From positions 1 to 47,775 of the forward strand of contig JAHBMJ010000434.1 of the NCBI GenBank assembly GCA_018398765.1: DNA of 47,775 bases, read 5' to 3'. Source of the stretch: Chromera velia (Eukaryota). The first letter of the stretch is position 1, and every line of letters starts with the position of its first letter. Below, one piece after another: positions 1-10,789 of the stretch. The notes under the pieces are model-generated. The model saw only the letters and a list, made by a program, of their open reading frames with translations, did not search any database and was not told where the DNA came from. A program made the position numbers and the translations under genes.

Positions 1-962
1 AAACTTGCATTTTGCGGTTCTACCAGATGCAGCTGGAAAAAGTCTAGTCTCGGGAGTAGATCCATCATAGTGATTTGCCGAATGTTTTGTTGGGGTAAAT
101 TCTAAACATTTGCACAATCATTTGTATCCCTGAGGCCATCCAAATGCACTGACAATCACGTTTCTGTGACACTTCTATCACGAGGCACAAGGCTTTAAAC
201 TTGCATTTTGCGGTTCTACCAGATGCAGCTGGAAAAAGTCTAGTCTCGGGAGTAGATCCATCATAATGATTTGCCAAGTGTTTTGTTGGGGTAAATTCTA
301 AGCATTTCCACAATAATTTGTGTTCCCAAGGCCATCCAAATGCATTGACAATCATGTTTCTGTAACACTTCTATCACGAGGCACAAGGCTTCAAACTTGT
401 ATTTTGCGGTTCTACCAGATGCAGCTGGAAAAAGTCTAGTCTCGGGAGTAGATCCATCATAGTGATTTACCGAGTGTTTTGTTGGGGTAAATTCCAAGCA
501 TTTGCACAATCATTTGTATCTTCAAGGCCGTTTAAGTGCACTGACAATCACGTTTCTGTGACACTTCTATCATGAGGCACAAGGCTTCAAACTTGCACTT
601 TGCGGTTCTACCAGATGCAGCTGGAAAAAGTCTAGTCTCGGGAGTAGATCCATCATAGTGATTTGCCCAGTTTGTTAGGGTAAATTCCAAGCATTTGCAC
701 AATCATTTGTGTCCCTGAGGCCATCCAAATGCACTGACAATCACGTTTCTGTGATACTTCTATCATGAGGCACAAGGCTTTAAACTTGCATTTTGCGGTT
801 CTACCAGATGCAGCTGGAAAAAGTCTAGTCTCGGGAGTAGATCCATCATAGTGATTTGCCCAGTTTGTTAGGGTAACTTCCAAGCATTTGCACAATCATT
901 TGTGTCTCCAAGACCATCCAAATGCACTGACAATCACGTTTCTGTGATACTTCTATCACGAG
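1..962. repeat. Tandem satellite A, ~196-bp unit, ~4.9 copies (runs off the left edge)
   Basis: Unit start 'aaacttg(c/t)a' recurs at 1, 197, 393, 589, 782 (periods 196,196,196,193). The period is not a multiple of 3 and the minus-strand ORFs shift frame each unit. Confidence 0.95.
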
Positions 963-973
963 ACACTTCATTT

Positions 974-1740
974 GGTCAGACTGTCAAATCCGTCCTTTGC
1001 ACCGCACGCACAGCTAGGTCCATTCAGCGCAGTAGGCTGGACTTTGGGAATCTCTGAGTCCATCAAATATGTGGCGGAAAACTCTAAAGCGTGCTCAGAT
1101 TGGGTGATCAAAACACGTACAATCAAGGTGTAGATTGCATTCTGTCAGCGAAACTCCATGGCAGAGTCGAGACCCGGTCAGACCCTCAAATCCGTCTTTC
1201 GCACCGCACGCACAGCTAGGTCCATTCAGCGCAGTAGGCGGGACTTTAAAAATCTCTGAGTCCATCAAATATGTGGCAGAAAACTCTAAAATGTGCTCAC
1301 ATTGGGTGATAAAAACACGTACAATCAAGGTGTAGATTGCATTCTGTCAGCCAAACTCCATGCCAGAGTCGAGACCCGGTCAGATTCTCAAATCTGCCAG
1401 TGCATTCACAGGTTCATTCAGCGCAGTAGGCTGGACTTTGGGAATCTCTGAGTCCATCAAATATGTGATGGAAAACTCTAAATCGTGCTCAAATTGGGTG
1501 ATCGAAACACGTACAATCAAGGTTTAGATTGTATTCTGTCAGCCAAACTCCATGCCAGAGTCGAGACCCGGTCAGACTCTTAAATCCGTCCTTCGCACCG
1601 CACACACAGCTAGGTCCATTCAGCGCAGTAGGCTGGACTTTAAAAATCTCTGAGTCCATCAAATATGTGGCGGAAAACTCTAAAGCGTGCTCAGATTGGG
1701 TGATCAAAACACGTACAATCAAGGTGTAGATGGCATTCTG
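974..1740. repeat. Tandem satellite B, ~202-bp unit, ~3.8 copies
   Basis: 'ggtcaga' unit start at 974, 1176, 1378, 1570 (periods 202,202,192). The third unit has an internal deletion or rearrangement. Confidence 0.95.
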
Positions 1741-1866
1741 CTAGGGGGCCGCACTTGGTCTTATATGTAAATTCTACCCCAATTTCGGTCATCTTGAATA
1801 GGAACCTAAATGATTGATATACATAAACGGCTGAAACTACTAAATAAAACACATCATGCTAAATCA

Positions 1867-2044
1867 TGTTGGGCGGTTTATATCTGTACAATCATGATGT
1901 TGGGCTATATTGTGGTGTCTCAAAGTTGAACGATGTCATGTCACCAGGTTTTGTTGGGCGTTGGGCTGTGTTGGGCCTGTTGGGCGGTGCCCAACAGTAC
2001 AAATGGCCCAACAGTAGCCTAATATCACTTTAAAGTGCACAACA
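1867..2044. repeat. Cluster of TGTTGGGC / GCCCAACA motifs in both orientations
   Basis: TGTTGGGC at 1867, 1898, 1952, 1969, 1978 (GTTGGGC at 1960); reverse complement at 1989 and 2006, in otherwise AT-rich DNA. Confidence 0.8.
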
Positions 2045-2377
2045 GACATTGTAGAGCTTTTTAAACCAATTAAAAAAGAAAGAAAGAAAGAAACGCTGTG
2101 ATTGTCTTATGTTGACTAAATTGTCATGATTGATACGATCATATAAATTTAATTATAGCATTTTCCAATTTTTTCAGGCTTTTTTGATTACTAATTTTCG
2201 ACTATGAACAGTGAATAACTTGAGACTAGCACCTAATATGAGTGTAAATATTGATTTAAACTATTTAAAAACACTACTAAGGCATAGATTCTATAATAAA
2301 ACGTTATAAAAATGCATTAAAGCCTAATTTAAAGGCATAAAATAATATGAAAAAATAAGGTTTCTATTAATTAAAAG

Positions 2378-2447
2378 TGAACCTGTTTTTGAACCTGATT
2401 CAAGTTCATTACTTCGAAGTGAACCTTGAACCTTGAACCTTGAACCT
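2378..2447. repeat. TGAACCT heptamer repeats
   Basis: Four tandem copies at 2420-2447 plus single copies at 2378 and 2390. Confidence 0.85.
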
Positions 2448-2532
2448 TTTCCTAGCACTATTTCTTCTTTTTTAGAAATGGCAAGCGTAGTGGCAGGCCA
2501 GCCAATATTCAGGCTGACTGAACTTATAATTG

Positions 2533-3113
2533 GGAGAATGGGGGGAGAGCGTCTTCCCCGTCAGTTGTTGTTTGGGCATCTCCAAGGAGAGCGCCCCCTT
2601 GGTCGACCCCTCCTTCGTTGGAGCGACTGCGTCCTCTCTGATTTCCGCCTTCTGGAAATCAATGAGGCCGAGTGGCAGACACTTGCCTCTCATAGAGGCA
2701 GGTGGAGGGCGTTAATTCAAGATGGGGTGAAAAAGGTAGAGGAGAGAGCAGCGGAGGAAAAGGAAAAGAAAAGGGAAGTGAGAAAGGGGCAGAGAGATGG
2801 AGATGCGAAGTGTGAGGCATGTGGACGAACGTTTTCCACCCCCCGGGGGCTTCGCATTCACACAAGCAAAGCACATAAGGACCTCGCCCCCAGACAGCCA
2901 GAGCAGCCGAAGAAGGCAGTCAAAGAAAAGAAGGGAAGCTGGGTTCAGGGCTGTCAGGTGAAGGAAATTCTTAGGAAGTACAAGCAGGGAAGAGGATGGC
3001 GTTATGAGGTGGCATGGCATGGCTGGCAGTCAACATCACATGAAGCAGCCTCGCTCATGCGCAAGCACGCCCTGCCAGAAGTGGAAGAGTTTGAGAAAAA
3101 ATGCAGCTGTTAA
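2533..3113 (+). pseudogene. Truncated LINE ORF remnant: RT C-terminal region + C2H2 zinc finger (2811-2876) + chromodomain-like domain (2952-3110)
   Basis: CEACGRTFSTPRGLRIHTSKAH fits C-x2-C-x12-H-x4-H. CQVKEILRKYKQGRGWRYEVAWHGWQSTSHEAASLMRKHALPEVEEFEKK aligns by eye to the chromo consensus YEVEKIL...YLVKWKGY...TWEPEENL...LIEEFEK. The frame is open, but the RT/endonuclease core is absent. Confidence 0.8.
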
Positions 3114-3236
3114 GCTATTTGCTAAAGGTTGTGAAATAAGGGTCCATCATTTAATAATCTGCCTTGCGTGTTGTGACTTGCCGAACGCTAGACGCCTATT
3201 ATGGGCCGATAGCGATGGCGTATGATGATGATGATG
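2533..3236 (+). mobile_element. 5'-truncated non-LTR retrotransposon (RTE-clade-like LINE): ORF C-terminus, 3' UTR, (TGA)n tail
   Basis: Translation RMGGERLPRQLLFGHLQGERPLGRPLLRWSDCV...WQTLASHRGRWR matches the post-RT C-terminal signature of RTE-type LINEs. Stop at 3111-3113, ~110-bp 3' UTR, (TGA)n tail 3223-3237. Possible 5-bp TSD AATTG (2528-2532 / 3237-3241). Near-identical 3' end at 43339. Confidence 0.9.
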
Positions 3237-3471
3237 AATTGCATGATTACTAGCATGATTAATTCGTATATAAATTTTATATTTATTCACAATGGTAATG
3301 TTTTGATTTATAGTATATTAAACAATAGTTTAAAAAACTTGACCATACATGTGTAACACAGCCAACCTTTCCTTCAATGTCTTGCTTTATCTTTTTACCC
3401 CGCTCTTTTAAAGTTGAACGTCCTTTCAGATCTTTACTCCGTTGGACCCGAGGAGGTGGGCTGCGAGGTTG

Positions 3472-6400
3472 CTATAACCCTGTCCTTGCCCCCTTCTGTA
3501 AGCTCTCGGAGGGTCTGGACAGGACGGCTTCCCCATCCCCATCGGGGGCCTTTTTTTGTTGAACTTCTTCTCCTTGGACAGTCACTCTTGCTTGTGCGGC
3601 TAAGCGCTCAGCTGCCATGGCGATGTCCGTAGCGGCTGAGAGTGCTTTGTCCTCTGGCCCGACGGGTTGTTTAGGAGCATTCTGTGTAGACGATGTGGGC
3701 TCAAAGGGGTTGTTCCTCCCACCTGGCGCTGGAGCAGGGTTCAGTTCCTGAGACTGCTTTGTGGTTGGGCCTTCTGCTGCCTTGGCCTCCGTGGCTTGCA
3801 TGGGTGGCACGGGGGGTCGCAGAGGAGGCCTCTCCTCTTGTTCCTCTGTTGGCTGCATGGGGTGGTGGGATCAGGGGGGGTAGGACGGGGGTGTGGTGAT
3901 TACAGGTCGGGGGGGAGGAGCTGCCGGCGTTGATTCTGGGACGTAGTCGATAGAAAATGGATTTGAGGACTTGCCGTGCTCAGGGAAAAGCGGGGGCAGG
4001 GAGCCTCCTCTGTGCCTTGCACTTCTTCCCCTCCCCCTTCGAATGCGGTTGGTCGAAGCAGAACGTTTCCATGCCGATCCGAATGGGCCTCGAACGAGGA
4101 GAGCGGTGTGCGCATCTGGAAGACCAGGGAAGGCCTTTGGACTGCGGCCGTATGCGGTCGGGGACAGGGGAGCTGCCCCAACGGACTGGAAGTGCGCAGC
4201 TCCAGATTGAGAGATCAGAGGTGAACCTGGGAGGTACACGGCTGGTGCTGTGTGTACAGATTGGAAGGGAGATGCAAATTCAAGTTGAGGTGGGGGGACT
4301 GGGACTGGAGGGGGAACGGAAACGCTCCCCTGCGGATAGGCAGATAGATTCTCTGTGGGGGATCCGATCACCAGGGGGGAGGTCGGGCCTGTTGCTTGTG
4401 CGTCAGTTGTTGGTAGAAGGACTGCATCCCCCCCTGTTACATTCTCTGTCTGCTCACCCTCCTGAATTTTGACTTCCTCCACTTGTGCTTCTTCATTCTG
4501 CTCCCCCCCTTCATCTTCTTCGTCTCTTTCATCAACGTCCTCATCCTCTTCCTCTTCATCTTCGTCCTCCTCCTCATCTTCCTCGTCTTCGTCTTCATCC
4601 TCCTCGCTTCCGTCCTCTTCGTCCTCTTCTGCGTCCTCATCTTCGTCTGCGTCTTCGTCTTCCTCCAAATCTTCTTTCGATCCTGTGTGGTCCGTGGCTT
4701 TGTCGAACGACCCTTTCTTCTCCGCTTTTGCCGTGTCTTTGCCCCCCTCCTTTTCTTCTTCTGCTGCCGGACCGCCGACCCCAACCCCCGCCCCCCCAGT
4801 CTCTGCCGCCACTCCCCGATTCCGACGGCGGCACCAACACCAAATCCCCACCCCGACACCAACCGCCACGGCCAGCCCCACAAACCCGAATGTGAGACCA
4901 GTCGCCAGACAACTCATCTGAATGGACCCACAGGTATCACCGCTGTCTCCTGACTGCTCTTCCTCTTGAGGTGCTGCTGTTGTGGTCGTTTCAGCAGGAG
5001 CTGGTGTCGTCGCGCTGTCCTCGTTGTTGTTCTCTCCTGTGTCCCCTCCTGTGTCTGGCTGCGGATCTGATGGGGTGACTGCGTAGTAAGTTTGGCCTTG
5101 GAGGGATGCGAAGTCGGTCAGATGGTTGCAGCTGCAGAAATGATATGAGCAATCATCAACTCGTTTTTAAACTGACAAATGATTGCAAATGGGATCAGCC
5201 AAAGAATCCTAAAATTCGCCTCTCTCTGTCTTTTCTTTCGAAAAGCAAAGAAGGGAAGGCGCAATGAAATGAACAAGATTCCACTCTTCAGACCATCTGT
5301 CCGTCTGTATACTTGAGGGACGGGGCGACGTGTGTATTTATGTGTGTATGTATGAAGATGTATGTGCATGTATGCAGGTCTATGTATGTATGTATGCGTG
5401 TAGGTCTGCGCCTTCTGAACGTGGACTGCCTGCCAAAGTGATTGGATGTTACATTCTTCGTCTCTGAAGATCTGTTTCACTTCACCTCTTCTTCCGCCCG
5501 ATTGCTCTTGCCAGACCTGCACTTGTACGCGTCTTGGTTCTCGTTTGTGAGGCGTGAGGGGAAGAAAAAACAGACAGACAAACACGCACCTGCAAGCGTA
5601 TGTGGGTCGATCGGAGCTCGAGAGGGTCCACGGGTCCGTCCCCTTGCCCCCCGAGGTCCACCATGTAGAGGGGAAGGAGGCAGACACAGCGCTGCAACCA
5701 GTGGAGGACCAGCGACTTGTGGTGCGATCAAAGAATGTGCACGAGAGCGTCGTCCAGTCTCCGGAAGGCACAAAGACAACTTGAACCTGCCCAGTGCTCT
5801 GGAGACTCCAAGTCAGGTCTGCCCACTTTTGGGTTTGGCTAGCCATCAAGGTCAGCAGAGTGGCGGGGATGGGAAGGGTGATGTTGGCAGTGAAGGAGGA
5901 GAAGGATGCCGTGGCACCGCAAGCGTGGACCTCGACAGACACCATCGGACCTGTCGATGACCCTCCAGAGCTGTCGACTTGGGAGAGGTACTCTTGCTCA
6001 ACGTAGGGATTCAACTGCGTTTCGACTATGCTCACAACGAGGTCACTGCAGGACCCCGAGCTGGACGTACCCTCCACCACCGCACTAGAGAGCCCAGAAG
6101 AGGACGTCATCGACACGCCTCCGCTAGCGGAGAAGGACGATGAAGTGAAGCGCTGCGAGGCGAGGGCAAGCTTGTACGGCCATGTCGCGTCGGTTGGGCC
6201 AAAGCTCTGCAGGTCATTGGTGGAGTCCTTGGGGGATTCTGCATCGAGGATGGCTGAGAGAAGATTTCTCATGCTCATCTGGGAGGTCTCAAGGGTTTCC
6301 TCGTCTGCCTGTCTGGACGTTCCTATCAACGAAGCAACCCCGTCAGAGCTCACTGACACGTCGTTCTGGGCGACTGCGTACCGCAGCACCTCTGTGGCAT

Positions 6401-9400
6401 TGGTCACTACAGCAGCGAGCGTCGTTGCTGCAGTTGCGGGATGGAGGGACGAAACGCCTGCAGCTGTCTGTGCTGTCGAAGAAGAGTTCAGAGAGGTGGA
6501 CACAAACGTCGCGGCATTGAAAGCGGCAGTCGCCACCTCGTTCAGCCGCAGTCCGAGTTCCTGCGCGCTGCTGATGCTTTTCTGTTCGGCCAGCCCAACC
6601 TGCAGGAAGGATGGCCATCACAAGAGAGAGAGAAGGAAAAGTGAAGTGAAGCGCAGATCATTCGCAGCAGAGGAGAAGAGACCGAAGAGCCAGATAAGGG
6701 GGAAAACCTCCCGCATCAAAATTCAAACGCTGCAATGAAGCACTACTTGTTTCAATGGGATGTACGGCACCGACCTGTTGAGCAGCCGCGGCAAGGAAGT
6801 CAGAGATCGAGGACGCCGCAGTGGTGGCAGCAACCGCCGAGTCTGTCTGCTGTCTGGCGTCTGTCAGAACAGCGTCTGAGCCCCCATCTCGCATTGCAGT
6901 AGATGCTTGGATCAACACCGTCTCCACCTGCATGCACACACAAAGTCAAAGTCGAAGGGAAACATCCACGCTCAACGTGAATGGGGCCAAGAGACGATGC
7001 TGGGATTCAGTCAATCCTGTCATGATCACAACAGATGCTTTGTCCATCCCTCTGCCTGCCTGTCATACTTTTTTGGGCCAGCTGGACTTCCTTGTTTCTT
7101 TTTCCTCTACTCTGACTTCCTACAGTCTCTCTCTCTCTCTCTCTGTATATTTTTTGCTGCTACTGTACTGACGCACGCACCAGTTGTCTGGCCTCCGTCT
7201 CGTTTGTGGAGGATCCGCTGGCTTCTTCGGCTGCATCGATGACACCCCTCACTCCCCTCAGCATCTCGTCCAGCGGGGCAGTGCCAGAGAGGTTCTTCGC
7301 ATCGTCCACAACACGCTCGAGACTCTTGGCGCTGCATGATGTTCCTGCATGCAGACAAAGTAAGGGAGTTCGATCAAGCCTCTTTCTCTTCCTCAAGAGA
7401 GAGAGAGAGAGAGAGAGAGTGAGACCACGGGGAGCCACTTTAAGCTCAAGAAGGAGAGAGAGAGAAACAACCTGACTAATGCCTTCTCACTTAAGCAAAA
7501 AGCCGGCACTTTCTTGACTTCTTGGATCAACCTCATCTTCACTCACACGCCCCCCTGCCTGCCTTCCTGCCCGAAAAAAAAAAAGGCATGCAGGGACTGA
7601 CCGTTCCCCTCGAATCCGGGATTGCACACACAGACACCGTCAGAGCACCACGCACGGGGACTACAGGGATCCGAGCAGTTTGTTGGAGTGGCTGCATGCA
7701 TGCGTGCAGGATACGAATACAAGATAAACTCAAGTACAAGCCCCACGTAGATTTATGTGAGGTAGGATGGATGAGGAAGGAAGGACACACCACTGCACAA
7801 TTAACAAGCTGTCACGCATCAAGTAGGGACAATTTGCCGCACAACAACGAGAAGAACCTGGATGGGTGATGCTATTTAAGAACAAGGAGGGGAATCCATC
7901 AATCAGTGAATTAAGATAATTAATTCAGAGACCAACTCACTGCCGTTGTTTGACGCCTCCACGAAGGGGCCGTAGAGGACAGAGTAGAAGTCCCCCACAC
8001 GGTTACAGCTGCACGCATTCGGATTCACAAACAGAAATCCCGAAGGAACACGACAGAGAGATGAGCATGGACATAGATCGATATTGATAGATGGAGAGAA
8101 TGCGCGGACCCACATTGCTACCGAGAGAGAACAAAATGACATCCCAATTGCAAAGTGCTCACTTTTCCAGGCAGCAGAACCGACTGATCTGAAGCAATGA
8201 AGGAACGACAAGAAAATCAAGAAGTCACTTGCATGATGTGCCTTGGCGCAGCATGGAACCATTCTCCACACAGTCTTTCGAGCATTTGCCACATTTCAAC
8301 ATTTTCCATGCATGCATGCCTTGCTAGTTCATGAAACCTCTCTTGTATTACCTGCAGCTCAGATGTGGCAGAGAGCTCCGGCTCTGTGTCCACAGATCTA
8401 CAGGCTCCCCTGCCTCCCACCAAGACACCGGAAACCCACTCGTAAGAACGGTGCAGCCATCAGATGACCAGACCTGCTGAGTGCTGTCAAAGCGCACGCA
8501 CATGGCCTCTGCAGTGGCCTCGAGTTCGTTGTTGCCCCCTCTGTTGGCTGGCAGGACAATGTGCATTCTTCCTGCACTGGTGATCGTCGCGTTGACATCT
8601 TCTGCTTTGGCGGTGTGGGTTGCCAGTGCGGAGAGGAAACCCTGAGGCAGTGCGAGCTGCACGCTCACATTCACATCGGAGGTCTCCACCTGCATCCCAC
8701 AGGACCGGAGAGCGACACCAAAAGAGATGCCGGCACTCGCAGAGGTCCACAGAGGATCGTTGGAGGGGACTGCGGGCTGGAGGTATGGGGTGTCTGTGAA
8801 GGGGTTGAGGTTGGACTCCAGAACATTCGCAAACACTGGGTCTGCCTGCGGACCGGAGCAGTTGGAGGTTACGGGGGCGAACGACACGACCTGAACATGG
8901 GCAGAAACAACACCCCCTGCACCCTCAAAAGTCAGACCACTGCTGCTCAAAAGATCGGCCCCCGTGACTCGTTGGCCCAGCATCGCGAAGGGGAAGGACT
9001 TGGCTGATGCGTTCTGGATTCCGTCGTGAATGGAAACTTGGGAGAGGGATGAGTTGTCTGAGAGAACGGCCAAGTATGCATTCAAAAGAAGGGAAGATTC
9101 GTTGATCGCCTGTAAGGACATTTGCTCGGTCGATTGATTTCCAGCATTGAAACTTGTCAGGCCGTCGGACTGTGCCTGAGGGTCAAACTGGGCGAATGCG
9201 ACGGGCAGAGAATACTGTGCGTCGTTGATGGCGATGACAAGGGCCGATGCGTTGGCTGGGAAGCGTTCTGACACAGGTTGGGGGTAAGCGTTTTTGGAGA
9301 GGAAACTGTCGGCACCAGCTGCCGACTGCGCTGGAGAAGCCGAGACAGCTGCCCACTGGGAGACAGAAGCGGAGGCCCCAAAAGGAGACGACGACGAAGA

Positions 9401-10756
9401 TACGAGGGATGTGCCAACGCTGCCACTCCCTAGCGCAAGTCTGTCAGCGAGTGCCCCCTGCAAACACCCACCATATTGTGTTCATGAGTGAAAGGAATTC
9501 TCTCATTCCCTCTGCACAGCATTTTGCTTCTCTTTGCCTTCGCGATGCGGAGCCATTCACGCGGGGTGGGTGACGCTTTCTCGGATAAGTATGAAAACAA
9601 TACGAATCATCACCTTTTCATTGCGGGACTCTGTCAGAAATTTCTTCCTTCTAGCTGTCGAGTGCTGTGTTGTGTTGTGTCGTGCTGACCTGAGCCCTCT
9701 GGATGGCGAGGAAAGTCCCAATCGAGTTGGAGGCTGCTGTCACCTTCTCGCTGTTGGATCCCAACGCGTTTGCTTCCTCCAGCAACGCGCCTGAGCCTCC
9801 TGAGGCCATCGCAGCGGCAGTAACACCGATCAAGTCGGCGACCTGCAGAGAGAAGAAGTGGCCAAGGACGTCAAAGAGATTCAAGATCTATTTCCTTTTC
9901 ATACCAGCACCTCCTTCCAAAAAACTGACCATGCACCATGTACCATACACCTTCACTTCCATGATCCCACATGCACCTTTCAGATGTTTGTTGTGCTTGT
10001 GACGAGGGAGGGAAAGAAAGTATCCTTCCTGACTTGAGTCTTCACTTTGGTATTGCAAGCAAACTTCTACTCATGCACTCATCCACTTCCACTCTGTCTG
10101 TCTGTCTATCCCACTAGAGGGAGGTTCTAAGAGTCCGCCTTCCGGCAGGCAGCTCTCTCTGGATGGGCATGCTCACCTGTGCCTTCGCAGCGTCGTCAGC
10201 CCCGCTCTCGGTCTGCGTCTCTGCAGCTTGGAGGAGAGCGTCTACATCTTGCAGCCTGGAAGCAATGGGCGCACTGGAGGAAATGTTGCGAGCGTCCGAC
10301 ACTACGTCTTCTAGAGGAGCGGGGTCGCAAGAAACAGATCCTGCAAGCACGCCTCAGAAGTCATGCACACAGGAAGTCAAAGATGACGGAAAGAAATGAT
10401 GAGTGGCCGGCCAGGCTTCTCTCTCGATCTCTGATGGGCAGACAGTACGCTGCACGTAGAACAGGTCTTGCAAGCCCATCGACGCCCTCAACAAACAGTC
10501 AAGAGAGAGTCTTGGACCCTGCCCTGGACGCATGGATGGATGGGTGGGTGGCTGGATGGATGGATGGGTGGCTGGATGGATGGACTGACCGTCACCTCGA
10601 TACCCAGGTTGGCACTCGCACTGCCCGTCTCGACACTCTGCGTTCTGGACACAGGCCGCACAGGGGTCAGCTGCATGCATGGTCGAATGAAGCAGGTCCA
10701 GAAGGAAGCAGAAAGAATTGTTACAGGAACAAGTCAAGAGCTGGAGCAAGAGGCGT

Positions 10757-10789
<33 letters not shown>

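Noticed and set aside
65..1729. Repeated 66-96 aa ORFs in the two satellites
   Set aside because: Unit lengths of 196 and 202 are not multiples of 3, frames break every unit, and no motif is recognisable.
2433..2532. N-terminal part of ORF 2433-3113 as a real gene start
   Set aside because: It starts at a TTG inside the TGAACCT repeat, upstream of the LINE truncation point; chance open frame in flanking DNA.
3396..3873. Alternative genetic code (in-frame TGA at 3871, TAG at 3472)
   Set aside because: No other exon of either gene needs stop reassignment, and a canonical 51-nt intron explains the TGA.
4469..4953. Plus-strand poly-Ser and hydrophobic ORFs
   Set aside because: Antisense shadows of the Asp/Glu-rich tail of gene A.
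4831..7691. Adhesion GPCR or polycystin-1 ortholog
   Set aside because: Only one hydrophobic helix follows the GPS; no 7TM, PLAT or channel region is seen.
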